Source: Balanoglossus misakiensis | Lineage: Eukaryota; Animalia; Hemichordata | Direction of reading: 5' to 3' | Assembly: GCA_040954595.2 (NCBI GenBank) | Contig: CM082579.2 | Coordinates: 62,001-126,000 of the forward strand | DNA: 64,000 nt | Shown here: piece by piece, positions 1 through 13,000 of the stretch | How positions within the stretch are numbered: the first letter of the stretch is position 1 | Layout: the number at the start of each line of letters is the position of its first letter | Notes under the pieces: model-generated | What the model was told of the DNA's origin: nothing | The model's input: only the letters and a program-made list of their open reading frames with translations | Database searches by the model: none | Made by a program: the position numbers and the translations under genes

Positions 1-169
1 TATGTACTGTACATACACTAAATAGAACAGCTGGCCTCTTTAAAACTTCGCCAGTTATGTAATCATTCAGGAATTTGGGAATTTGCTGTGTATATACAAA
101 ATCACAGGGGCTTGCTGCCTAATTTAAACAACTCAATAAAGTAAATACACAAAGCAATCTGACCAGTAG

Positions 170-450
170 TTCTTGAATTACTGAGTTTTGACCAAATTCA
201 CATTTTTCCAGCTAATTTGCATATTTTTGACAATGACAACTTCATTTGAACAAACTCCCATCTACAGCCCAGCCTGCATCTGCACATTAAATATCAAGGT
301 GATACATGCAGCGGTTTTCAAGTTTTTGATGTGGACGGACATACAGACATACATCCATCCATACATCCATCCATCCATCCATACATACATACATACAGAC
401 GCAACCGATCCCATAAGGTCCCATGGTACATACCAATGGGACCTAAAAAA
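170..450 (+). mobile_element. Helentron/HINE (DINE-1-like) non-autonomous element, 3' part
   Basis: (CATA/CATC)n microsatellite at ~340-400 followed by a terminal hairpin aggtcccat...atgggacct (416-444) and an A-run. Left boundary uncertain. Confidence 0.5.
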
Positions 451-850
451 TGACAAATGGAATTGCTACAATTATCAATTCAGACTGTGCTGTCTTCTAC
501 AAAGTTCTCCACCGATCCAGTGTTAAGGTAGGTGGCCATTTCACATAATATGTGCATAAGCTGACAAGACAATAGTTGTTAAAATGATACTACAATTTTA
601 TTCTGTGTCACAAGCAATTGTCACTGACACTATACATGTACCTTCTAGTGTTCTCCCTAGAGCAGTTATAGAGTAGGGGCCCCTATCATTTATGTTTGGA
701 AAACAATAGAAACTTTAAAACAAGGAGTGATAAAATGAAGATAGGCAGCCTCACCATCAAAACTTGCAGTGTAGAACACTTTAAAATGCAAGACTGTGAC
801 TTAAACCTCTGAACACAAACCTCAAAATAAAATGTGTAGTAAATACTTAC

Positions 851-3160
851 ACAATACATCTTGTTGTTTTTTATTAACACTACTACAGCTGTTGTGCCTG
901 CCAGTTCATCTTTCATTATATCATCTAACATTAAGGTAAAGAAGAGATGATTGATATCCTCATGAGCACTAATAGCATCCAGTTAACAATCTTAACATCT
1001 CAAATCAACATTGAGTGGAAAAACTTTCATGTGATCCCTTTTTAATTAAATCACTCTGTAGAATTCCAACCAAATGTCAATTTACCAAAAGCAAGCTGCC
1101 TTTAATTTCCTCTGACACAGTTATATTGTCATATATCATAATGTAAAAGCATGGTCACTCCACGCATGATCATGAAACGCCTTTGTGTAAAGGTGTTAAT
1201 CACTTGGACAATTAAAACAGACCATGTCATCTGTTATGTACTTCCTTCCCCTTGACTAGAATAAAGAAAGGGTTATATACATGCATAATATAAATATCAT
1301 TCACTTTTTTCGTTTATCCTTCCTTTTCTGGCATACAGGTCAAAGAGTTTTGAATTGAGTGAAATAACTTACCTTCAAGCATGTCTTCATCTATTGATAT
1401 GAATCCACCTTTAATAGCTTCACCTATGTCACCTCGTGAATAGGCCGGCTGTTTGAGAATCCTGTTATGTAAATGTTTACCTGCATACTGAGCAACTTTT
1501 GCTCCTGTCAAAAGAGAATTAAGAAAAAGTTGTAAGTATAAAAACAGGGGTGTACACCACAAACCTTTCCAAAAATTTACAAGGGTATTGAATCCATGTG
1601 CATACCATACAATATTTGCCTAGGAGAGATTCATGAAGTTAGAGGTATAAGTCCACCTTGAAAATCTAGTCACACACACCATGGATACTGGAGGGAGTTG
1701 ATCATATAAAGTTTCACTCGGTGGGCCATTACATTTCATCACACATTACGTATACATTCAATTATAATCGGAATATAAACAGTTCACCAGCTTACCTCCA
1801 TGTCCATCATAGACAGCAAAAAATGCTGAATTTTTATCATCTTGCAATGATAAAATATGTGTATGTGCATCTTCCATATCTATTTAAAGCATGTAAGGAA
1901 AACTAAATGACCTGGTTTTGATGATGGTCCAATTTATTTTGGTCTATTATTTTCCTTCACTAGGATGCTCTCCAGAAAGCCGAAATTCAATTAAAGCCCC
2001 AGTATTTCTCGTGTGTATCCATTTTTCATCATCGAAAAATGCCCGTTTTTCCTGTAATTCATCATGGAATACTACATAATGAAGATAGAAGAAAGGTTTG
2101 GGCAACTGTAGCTACGTGCAAGCTGTAAATATTGCCCGTAACACTTGAAATGATGCGCGGGTTTGTTTACAACGGAAATGTTGTACATGTCGATCAGCAA
2201 ACGTGCCACTTTGACATTTTGATGGTCAGACCATTTTCGGATTTGATCTGGTTCCATCGACTGATTTCTCCCATAAAGTTATCTTCCCAAAATTTCGCCG
2301 AATTAGTGCGCATTTCTTCGCTGAGTCGCTTGATTTGGGGCGACAAAACCTCTTCCGCATAGATTCACATTGGAGTGCGCATGCGCACTAGTCACGTGTG
2401 TCAACACTCACGTGACTTTCTGTCCGGACAGAAAGTCATTCTTCACTCGTTATATTGTAAATTGTATGAGTTTATGAGCAGAGCTGGGGATGATGACTGT
2501 TCGATTCAGTATCAATTATCATCTACTTTTAGAAATTATAGATGCCGTTTCAAACAAAATTTTGCCCCTACGAGAAATACTGAGGCTTTAATTACACCAA
2601 TTCTTTGCTCTATTGGGAGGAGTGGTGTTTACAAACTGAAAAGATGACTTTTATTCTCTGTCATATTGTCTCACACAGGTTTTGGCTACCCAGATGAGTG
2701 ATAAAAATTTCATATGCCCAGAATTTCACGAAGAGGCATGAAGTAAAAGCAATAATAAGCCGCTGAGAACTGCACAGTGAATCCCACTGTTTGTTCAACT
2801 TGGGAATATTATCCACTGTACGTTCTGCAAAGTGTTTGTAACAACATTGATAATACTGCTTTCACCATTTTAAAAGCATGACTGACGATAAAAAAAGGAA
2901 AATTTCTCTTGTTTGAAATCAGTACAATTTGATCGCATTTACAGCTTTTATCATCTCTGCCATCTGTTCTATCCAGTCTTGTATCTTCATGAGATTTTAA
3001 AATCAGCTGTGCCTTCATGACAAATACTGTATATCAGTTTCTCTTCTGAAAGGATACTTATTCTCCATCCTTGCATACATGATGATCCAACTTTAAGATT
3101 CTGATTACTATCTCTTGTTGTTTCTTTCGTTGTAACAGGCTCTGATAACGTCTGCCCCAT
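851..3160 (-). CDS. Protein phosphatase 2C (PPM family, Ptc2/Ptc3 / T23F11.1-like), 5' part; continues beyond the left edge
   Basis: Exons 3160-3058, 1879-1796, 1504-1373 and 924-851 join in phase to [14 protein letters not shown]...[19 protein letters not shown]...[17 protein letters not shown]...[31 protein letters not shown], containing the PP2C motifs MQGWR..MEDAH, DGHGG and GTTA. The next motif (GNAGDSR) was not found in 1-850. Confidence 0.93.
1880..3057 (-). other. U12-type (minor spliceosome) GT-AG intron of the PP2C gene
   Basis: 5' splice site GTATCCTTT (3057-3049); branch-like TTCCTTAC at ~1900-1893, just upstream of the AG (1881-1880); no polypyrimidine tract; splicing restores GWRI-N-MEDAH in frame. 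Confidence 0.85.
1995..2587. mobile_element. Kolobok-like MITE (TTAA target site, AG...CT termini) inside the U12 intron
   Basis: ttaa|AGCCCCAGTATTTCTCG at 1991-2011 and CGAGAAATACTGAGGCT|ttaa at 2571-2591 form a 17-bp TIR with one mismatch; interior is CpG-rich. Confidence 0.7.
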
Positions 3161-3585
3161 TACTGAAATAGTAGAAAAGAAAAAAAAATAACAATTATAA
3201 ACCAGATGCTTAGTATAGGTTTGTGACCAAACCCAAGATGTCTCCATGTACATATTGGATTGCATTGTATTTTGACACAAATTGACATGCATATGAACAA
3301 ATCATGTCATGGTACATTTGCCCTTATAAAAAGTTTGAATAAGATCTGTCTAGGCATGTACATATTACAAGTACACATTCATATCAAAACCACACAATGG
3401 CTACCTGGTAGTGATACCCATTTTTTTTTATATAATCCATGAAAATGTACCATACTGATGTATCTAGTTAGAATGAAATTTATCAAAGCATGCATGAGTT
3501 ACAGCTGGAGACAGAACACACACAACATGTAACTGCACTCATGCTATAGAAATACACACAGTCGTTTTTCAACATAAAACATTAC

Positions 3586-3760
3586 CTTTAGGGCAAGTAT
3601 ACCAATCACGGAAGCAAGTAGTCAGATTCATCGCGCGATTCATCAGATGAGCGCAGCGCGACCTCGACCATATTCTATGATGTCAAAGGTCAGGTCATTC
3701 AAAAATGGCGATTGTGTTGTCATCGCATCGCATATGCGCATTTCGCGCTCGTTTAATAGC
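3586..3760 (-). promoter_or_regulatory. Probable promoter and non-coding first exon of the PP2C gene
   Basis: CpG-rich patch; donor AAG|GTAAT at 3586/3585; YY1-like AAAATGGCG at 3702-3710; NRF1-like GCATATGCGCA at ~3730-3740; acceptor 2 nt before the ATG. Confidence 0.5.
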
Positions 3761-4019
3761 TAGTTTCACTCGGCTACAAATATCGACAAACCAAAGAGTT
3801 CTTATTAAAGTCGGTGTAAAATCAGACTTGGATATGATCCAGTAGAAAGGAAAGGTCAGTATTTAACCAAACGGAAATTACGTGGATCGTGTATTTTGTA
3901 CATGACACGAGTACAACATATCAAGTTATCATCTTGAAATAAAGTTGAATGTTGCGATACTTTCAAAACCCCTCGATCGGTACGACTGTGCTTTTAGAAG
4001 CTGGCTTTTATTCAAGCTT

Positions 4020-4160
4020 GTTGGTCGCAAATGATCACAGCGCACAATGCAAGTACCAGTGGTCGCAGAATGCAAATGCTAGCAGTCGCACAATCAAAGT
4101 GCTAGTGGTCGCAGATAGCATTTTCCTCAAAGTGCGACTAGCACTTTCTTGTCGCACAAT
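4020..4160. repeat. Short imperfect ~23-bp tandem repeat (GTCGCA core) with one inverted unit
   Basis: GTCGCA at 4024, 4062, 4085, 4108 and 4151; inverted TGCGACTAGCACTTT at 4133. Confidence 0.5.
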
Positions 4161-4400
4161 GTGTTTTGAGACACCCGTATATACCTGCAAAACAATGTAA
4201 TACAGTTGGGTTGGGTCCCACTAAAATATTGAATGCATTGCAAATATAACTGGAGTATAAACTGGCTTTTTGCATATCTCGGTATCCAAAGCAGATACAG
4301 CCTTGACGTTTGGATGTATGGGGCCATAATGAAAAGCCAAAGTTTTGGGTCACCTGTGACATGTGCTTAAATCATTATTTATGTGCATACCTAATTCTCA

Positions 4401-5002
4401 ATTTGGGTACAATTCGCTCCATATAGCACTCGCCTGACGGCTCGTGCTATATGTCTCGAATTGTACCAAAATCTCGTGTATACCCGCCTGCGGCAGGGGT
4501 TATTGCTTAAATATAGCACTGCTAAAACAGGCCCCTGAACTAGCATGAGGCAGCAAAATGTGCGGTTAAACCACAGTCGCGCGTGTTTAAACCTAATTAA
4601 TAAAATAAAAATACTGTTGAATTAACGGACGTTTTATTTTGGAACTGCTCTGTGGAAATATTTGTCACTTTGCCACGCGCGATGCCCATCTTGTCACTTT
4701 TTGTCGTCTGCTTCATGTTTAATGCTCGATCCCGGCCGCTCGTGTTTACATTCGTCGTCGCCATGTTGGTTCAAGATCGTAATTTCTCTTTCTGACGCCG
4801 TTTCGGTAAGAAAAGGACACTGATATGCCACAAAATCAATTGTTGATATAATATAATAGCAATAACCCCCGCCTCATTCAGGTATTCACTCGATTTGGGT
4901 ACAATTCGCTCCATATAGCACTCGCCTGACGGGTCGTGCTATATGTCTCGAATTGTACCCAAATCTCGCGTATACCCGCCTGCAGCGGGGGTTATTGCTT
5001 AA
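4401..5002. mobile_element. Palindromic non-autonomous element (Crypton-like) with two direct copies of a long hairpin
   Basis: 4401-4510 is near-identical to 4893-5002; 4858-4999 is an imperfect palindrome AGCAATAACCCCCGC...GCGGGGGTTATTGCT with loop CTCGCCTGACGG. The family assignment is inference. Confidence 0.5.
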
Positions 5003-6049
5003 TTCAACCATTTCCAGTTATTGTTTTAACTACTACTCAGAGAGTCTCACATGTGTTGACACTCAAGGATGTCCTATGCAGCAAATCAAAGTGCGGTCAG
5101 GGCGATCCTGTCTGTACTTCAGTTCAAACAGATAAAAAAGGTATGCATCATATGTCAATAGCAGACAAAGCATGGAGCAACCACAGAAAGACCAATAAAA
5201 TCGGCATTCTAAAGACTTTGAATGTGGCATTAAAATATTTCTACATTATTGGAACAAAATTTGCTACTTATCAATACTCGTGTGTCACTCATGGTCGTGA
5301 TAATAATACATTTATTTTATGATATCATTTGCGACATTACATAGTAGTATTGTGACATCAACATGTTTGTGCTAATTTAGAGATGTCATGAGGAAAGGCG
5401 TGAGCGCTGTTTACCAATTTATATATACATGTACTATGTCACTTGTAGACACACGTCGTCTAAGGACGACCACCACTGAACCGCACAAGTTCTGGAGATT
5501 TGTGCACGTCTGTACAGGCAGACGTGCACATCACACCAGAGCAAGTTTTTGACAGCACCATAGGGCCGTCTACGTTTAACCATTTAAATGCAACATGGGT
5601 GGTACAATATTTTGAAAATATGAGTATCCATTTACCTGTGAATACCAATGGTATAACCTGGAATAGTGTCCTACTAAAAATACAAATTCACCTGGATTCC
5701 CTTGGTGAGCCCTCTTTCCAACATACGACCGAATCACTTCTTGTCAAGGGAATACCCCATATACTTCCGCATATTTTGAATATCAAATTTCCTGGTTGAT
5801 CGCCAAGAATCTGCTTTTTCGTTGATTGCCACGCCACCAACGCTCTAAAACTATATTATATCAATATTGCAGAAAACTAGAGGGTTGACAGTACATGATA
5901 ATAAATTAGGAACTTAATTAATTCGGTTTGTTTACATATCAGGCTAATATCACTTCGCGTCAGGTCCGCCATTAGTCGTTAGAGGGGTATATCAACTGAT
6001 GCTTTTACATCAATGAAAAGAACCCAATGTTTTGTGGTTCGCGTTGTAA

Positions 6050-6208
6050 AATGGGTTTTGATTGGCTAAATAATGTCGGATCGGATAACCCGGAAGTAAA
6101 TAGATACAGCATTGGGTTTCGAGAGAAAAGTTGTTGTGGAAGCTCGTGACGTGGCTGACGAAGTGAACGGGGAACTTTTGAAGAGAATTTTGGTGTTTGG
6201 TAGCATAG
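6050..6208 (+). promoter_or_regulatory. Probable FAM114A2 promoter and non-coding first exon
   Basis: Reverse CCAAT box at 6061, ETS site CCGGAAGT at 6090-6097, CpG-rich; donor TAG|GTAAAC at 6208/6209; acceptor ttccag at 7030 before the ATG at 7050. Confidence 0.55.
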
Positions 6209-7049
6209 GTAAACTAACGATAACTTTAACTCTTGTGGAACAGGAGGTGATTGGACGGTTGAGCGCACTGTACAGCTAGGATGTAGTCTAGGCGCAGGTC
6301 CACTTGGTTGGTGCTTGCAGCGAGCATATCATTGTAACTTGTGTGAGACTGTGGGTGATCGGCGACAGCTGTGATTTCGAAACATACAGTGGGTGTGACG
6401 CAGCGCAGTGACTTTTATTTTACTGCTTGCTAAGTGAAGTCCTTTAATACCGGAGTTTGACTTTTGTCCTACTTGTTATGAACGTTCTCGCTCATTAAAA
6501 AAATCAGCGTTTGCAAAGTTGACATTAGTCATTATCTTGCCTGGAACACCATCAATCACACGGTTCACGATAGCTCTCTCATACGTCCCTGCACAGATGA
6601 TCACATTGTCGTAGTCATCCGTACACTACACATGTCTTTTGCATCCCGTGCAGATTGGACAAACAATTATTCCTGGTCACAGAAATATCCATATGGAACA
6701 TCAGATATATTTGCTGCAGTTTTGTAGCCCCACGACTCCCCTTGCCGATTACAAAACATTATCTATATCACTGTATACATACAGTTTGTAGAGCATCCAC
6801 ACTAATACCAGAGCCATCCTTCAATGCTTTCTTACATGTACTATGGATCAGTGAGGACTATGTCATTGACAATGACTTGTGACTAAGGTCACTACTTAAT
6901 TTTGGCTAGACAATAGAATCATTAACATAACAGTTTTATCTATTGTAATGTAAAATCATGTCATCATACCTAGGGAGAACACTGTACTCAGTTTATATTT
7001 TTAAGTTATACCCCTGAAATCTCCTTCCAGGACTAAACCTTGAATAGCC

Positions 7050-10000
7050 ATGGCCAGTAGTGATGAAGAGGGGGCCTTTGAAAGTGCTGATGAAGGAGAA
7101 AGTGAGATGAATGTGAAGGAGACAGGAGAGTCTGATATAAAAGGTGACTCCAAAGACATAATGGAAGTAAAGAGTGAAGGAGAGAAACTTGCAGGGGAAA
7201 AAGCTCAAGAAGACAGCAAAAGAAATGTGTTGCAATCAGGAGAGGAGGGATGTGATGCGGAGAATGAACAATCTGGCAGTGATGCAATAATCACTGCTGC
7301 TGACACCAAGAATCCAACCACAAGTCAGACTGATATAGTTCAGGAGGAGGAGATTGAAAATAGCGCCGAGAAACAATCAAATGAGGGCAGAACAGAGATG
7401 TCTCTAGAAGAACCCATTGGAAATGTTATCTTGGAGAGAACACCTCCTGAGAAGACCATTGCAGAGATAGAACATGAGGAAAAAATACACTGTGCATTGG
7501 ATCAACTAGCTGCAGGTGATGATGGGAAACAAGATGATTCCTCCTTAGCTTCATCATGGGGAGGATGGGGTTCATCTTGGTTGTCATCAGCAACTGCATC
7601 AGTAGCATCAGTGAAACATACTGTAGGTGAGTCGTGTATAGGAGGGACATATGGTTTTGTTGTCGTGTTATCTGACCACATCTGCTTTTGATGGTAGCAT
7701 TTGGAAGTTTGAAGTGGTATTGGTTTTTTGTCTTGATGCAATGTATGAAAATTGGCCTGACACTGTATATGAGGGAAGCAATGCTAAATATGCCTAAAAG
7801 TCACTGGACCTTTTCCTATATTAAAGGTATACAGTCACCTCCAATTTACATATCGCCATATATAGTTGAAATGGCGTATTTGAGTGTTCTAAAGAACGCT
7901 TTATTTTCGCGTGTGCCACCCACTGAAAATCAGTGATTGGTTAGATCTCGATTTACTATGGTAACTGCGGCTAATTTGTATAGGTGACCGTATACCTTTA
8001 AGGGTTTGCATTTCATTTTCCCATATACAATACAAGACCATTAATAGAGTAGCAGTTTAACAGGGTCACCAGTGTATTAACCACGAATGCATTTATTCTC
8101 TTGCTATACATATACATACATACATACAGGTCAGGGATTGACATCTGTGATAGAGAATGTGGAATCATCTTTAGGTATTCCAAGTCCTGATGAATTACAC
8201 AAGTCTGATGATGCGAATCAAGGAAACACAAAAGGTATTTTAGTAGTGTCCAAATATTAAATACTTAAGAAAATATGATTGGGTGGAAAATCAGCTCTTG
8301 AAAATCTACTGACCATGAATTCCATGTACTGTAGCATGATTCCAGTAAGTAAACTCAGCCCATCAGAAAAGGAGACATCAAACACCAACATTTCTCCCTT
8401 TTTTTTAATTTCAAGATGATAAGCATGAAGTGGCTACAAAGATCAAAGCTGAAGAGAAAGAACAGGGTGATACTATGGAGGGCAGTGGTGATGATGATGG
8501 AGGATTCTTTTCAGCTTTTGGAGTATCAGCTTTGACAAGTGCTGTTGAGAAAACTGTAAATGTTTTTTATCATCAATTGTGATATGTCAGTGGAAAGTCC
8601 ACTCTTTGAATTTTATTCCTATGTCACTCAGGAAAATTTGTTGTTCCAGAAGCCTCTGCTTATTTTGAAAAGATTTAGACAACTATGCTTGGAAAGGGTG
8701 TCACTGGATCACCCTGCATCACCAATGGTTGTTAAAACAATCTGAAAAACAGTGCTCCAGATATTTTAAAACTAAGACAAAATAGTATTTTCACAATTGC
8801 CAATCAAACTTTTGATGACAGTTATTGTCATAAGTTAATTTTTTAATAAATTGTAAAGCTGAGAGAAAATATGTTGATCATGATGAAAATTTGGTGGAAA
8901 CATGTCAAAATGACAAGCTGAGGTACCTGTTAACACAATTTTTCAAACTCAACTAATTGGGCGCTCAATGTCCTTTTCATTGTTGACAAATTGTCACCTC
9001 TTAAAGTCATGGCAAAAAGGAATAGTTTCTATGAAAAGGGTAATTTTGATTAAAGTATACTAGCTAAGTACTGTAAACTATATTATTAGGGGACACTAGT
9101 TTCTATGATGATGTTTATAAATATTTTTTTAGAGTGGCGTTTTACTTTATCTTGAACACAGGTCTCTGGAGGGTTGGGTGCTTTGGAAAAAATTGGTAAG
9201 AAGACGATGGATGTCTTACAAGAAGGAGATCCAGGTCTGCGCAAGAAGAGATTCTATTTCAAAGAGGTCACCACAGGCAATAAACCTAATTTGTCTCAGG
9301 TAGGCAGGTTTCTTGTCAGAGCTTTTATTCATGAGGTGCAAAAACACAAATGCAGCTTTGTATAATTTTTCTATGGTGAGATAATCACAGTGATTTATTT
9401 ATTTCTGAATTCCTACTCTGCAGCTTCTGCGAGAAGCCAAGGAGGATGCAGCCAGAGCAGCTGAGATGCAAGCTCAAAATGAAGAGTTGAAGAAAGCACA
9501 TTTTGGATTACTGTTTGATGATTATCAAGGTTTATAGTTACTCATGTTTGCTTTATTTTAGTCCTTTGGTCACTTGGGACAAATGTGGACAAATAGACTT
9601 TAGAGACATCCACAGTAAATTTTCCATTTTCAAGGATAAAATGCGAATTCTTCATTTAAGTAAGAATGGTTGTGAATGTATGGATTACTCCTGCTGGAGG
9701 TTTTACACATCCCTTGAGATGAAATTGTGACTAGTGGAGTTCAATCCCAGATTTGCATTTAGATTAAGAATTACTTGAAACAAGGTTGTTGTAGCATTTC
9801 AATACCCTTTCAGGTCTGGCTCACTTGGAGGCTTTGGAAATGCTTTCCAATCAAAGTGAGAAGAAAGTACAGGCAGTGCTGGGATCCTTGTCAGGTGACC
9901 GATTGGAATCAATGAAGACAGAGTTGATTGAAATAAAAGATGCTTTCCACCTTGATGATGTTGATGAGAGCCAAGGTGGGTGCATCTGTCTGTCTGTGAT

Positions 10001-13000
10001 ATGTCCGTTGATCTTGAAAATGAGGTAAAAGATTGTTTAGATTATAGTAATTCCTAGTTTACATTTTTTCTAGCTTGTGTTAACATACATGATTGAGGAG
10101 CCAGATTGATTCTTGTCTGTATTTAGAAATACAAATGTAATTAAAGCTGCAAGCAGCGTTGGCGGGGCACAAGCGGTTCCCATGGTGACCAGCAAATGCC
10201 AAGGCTGTATCTGCTGGGGATACCAAGATTTGGGAAAGTAGGTCAAAGGTCACCTGAGGTCACCCCAAATTTGGGCAAAAAAATCAAGTCTAGAAACAAG
10301 ACCCCTAGCTCTATTGGTTCGCCTAGAATAAGGTATGCACATAATTAATGAGGTCTTGTGTAAGACTCCATATGTGCTCCATCTGCCCCCCAAAAGCCAG
10401 GACTCTAACTGCTGTGGATGCTGAGATATGGGAAAGTAGATCAAAGGTCATCCAAGGTCACCCAAAATTTGGGCATAAAATTTTGACCCCAGAGTGGGCC
10501 ATGTCCAACTAAAACCAGACCTCTAGCCCTATTGGTTAGCCTGGGATTAGATATGCAGAAAAAGGATGTTTCAGAAATAGGTCAAGGGTCATTGCCAAAA
10601 TTACCAAAATATTTGTGCCATGTCCTGGCAGCATTGGTACCCATGTCCACAAAATTCATGACTGTGGTGCTTTGACAAGAGGAGGTATGGGGAATATGCA
10701 TATATAATTAGTTGTTTTAAAACTGGGTCAAAGGTCATGTGAAAATTGCCCCGAAAAATTGTGACAACTTCCGGTCATATGATGACTCATATCCAAAAAA
10801 AGTATTTCCGTGCTGTCAATATTTTGGCTACAAAACGGAATTTTCATTTTTCAATGGTTTTCCGAAAATCCAACATGGCCGCCATAATGATCGACCAATC
10901 ACAGTGCGCTTCGCAAACTTGATAGACATAGGTTAGGTGACCACATGCCCCAAATCCCGTGACTCGGCAATCGCTGGTTCTGGAGAAGAAGATTTTTAAA
11001 GTTTTAAGTAGTTTTTCAGAAAAACAATTGTAGCAAAAAAACTTTATGTGTGACGTCATGATTTCAATGGGGTAAAATGATGGACAGAAGGTAGGCTACC
11101 TGCACACCAAATTTGAATTGATCGGCCCAGTAGTTTTTGAGAAGGACTCGTTTAACGATTTTCAGGAAATCCAATATGGCCGCCAGGTCACGTGACTAAT
11201 TAAATATTCACGAGCCACTGCACGTCTACTCATTGGCCCCTACCACCCTACCAAGTTTCAGCCCCCTAGGTGCTGCGGTTTTCCAGATGTACAATGACAT
11301 ATTTCTCGGAAGAAGAATAATAATAATAAGAAATATTCCAACAATACCAATAGGGGCACAAGCCCGATAGGCTTGTGCCCCTAATTAATTGATCAGAGGG
11401 ACCTCATTTTTTTCGCAACCCAAGCATTTGAAGAAAATTACTACCTGTAATGTTTTATTTCATGAAATGTAATGTACATGTGTATTCAGGATGCAGACAC
11501 AAAACTCAGTTCAAACACATTCAAACTCTCTCTCACACACACACACCAAAACACACATATAAGTATCCTTTTTATCTGACTAGTCCATTGTTTGTATCAA
11601 CAGAATATTCAAATGATGAAGAATTTGTCAATGCCATTACAGAACATCTTTTCAGTCTTAGCATAGGGGCAACTCCTGATAAACTGACAAAGGTACTTTT
11701 TTTGTGATTACTTACACAGCTGTGATGAAACTTAATACAGATATTATTCACACAGACATGTGAATGTGCTGGGAGACTTAGCAGTGTCAAGTTGTTAATT
11801 ATTATTTTTTTAAACATTTTTTTTAAAACTTGTCTCTCGCCGGTCACACTTTGGTAAGCCGTTTTACACAAATTGCTTTTAATCCATACAAAAAGATACA
11901 TCGGATGGGGCTTTGCATTAAAGTGTTGTATTGTCCACTTTGTCATATTAATTGCCATTTTTTTTGTACAGACGCAAGCCAAAGCACACGAATGGTTAGA
12001 AGAGTGTCAAAAAGAATGGGCAAATAAAGAGAGCCAAGAACAGAAAAAAGATGTGAAGGTAAAATTTTGTCTCTAAGACACACAGTCACATGTACATACA
12101 TGTACATTCATTTTGTCCATGTGATTTGAATACGAGTTAGCCTGTCCAAATCAAAAGATGCTACTAAGGGTCAAAACAAAAATTAAAAATAAATTTCATG
12201 GCTTTTAGTTTATATTTATATTTATGAACATTTTCCAGAGCCATTTTCCAGACACGACTGATTTTATTCCACTATGATTTCTATCAATATGTTCTTAATT
12301 GCCTAGGCAGGAGCTATGTGATTGAAAATAACTTGTTTAATTCAAATAAATCTTATATTTGTTGCTGTTTTAGACAGTATTATTTTTGTGTAGATTTATT
12401 TCAACTGCTCTTTCTATCCACAACTGTCATCATTTCAGGAAATTCACAGTGTTGCCATACAAACCCTGGCAGAGCTAACGGCCAAATCAATCGAGCAATT
12501 CCACAAAGCATCTGAGTTGATGCTGTTACAACAAGAAAAAGGCAAAGAAAAAACGCCAATAGAGAGAGCCACAAGTCTATCTAAGTAAGTAATATACAAA
12601 CTTTTTTAAATCAAAGGAAAAGCAGAAATGAGAACTAATTAGATACCAGAATAGTGACATTTTTGAGATGTATTTGCTTTTCTGTGGTATTCATTTCTAT
12701 TCCAGGAGTGCCTGCTTCAACTTCAAAACATATTCACATATTCCTACCCAGACGAGCACACTCAGTATATGAGGGTGCCATTCTGTACTTTTGTAAAGCA
12801 ATTTCGAATTTATACCAAACAAACCTGGTAATGAATATTGGAACATTATTTACGTATGTATCTACCATACAGGGTGTTTAGTTCAGTAGAAGTAATTTTC
12901 AGTTGTTTTTTTTTATGGCAACTTGGTCTACATTAGATTTATTGCTCAACTCCTTAAATGTGTTGTTTTCCAACAGATTGACAACTGCCCTGGGTTCTGA

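Noticed and set aside
925-940. CCTTAAT branch-like motif suggesting a second U12 intron in the PP2C gene
   Set aside because: The donor is ordinary GTAAGT and the motif is too close to the AG.
4020-4160. Spaced GTCGCA repeats as a CRISPR-like array
   Set aside because: Eukaryotic context, degenerate ~23-bp units, no unique spacers and no cas genes.
8556-9161. Possible microexon supplying the GKSV-like residues missing from FAM114A2
   Set aside because: No convincing AG...GT candidate was found, and the flanking exons already join in frame.
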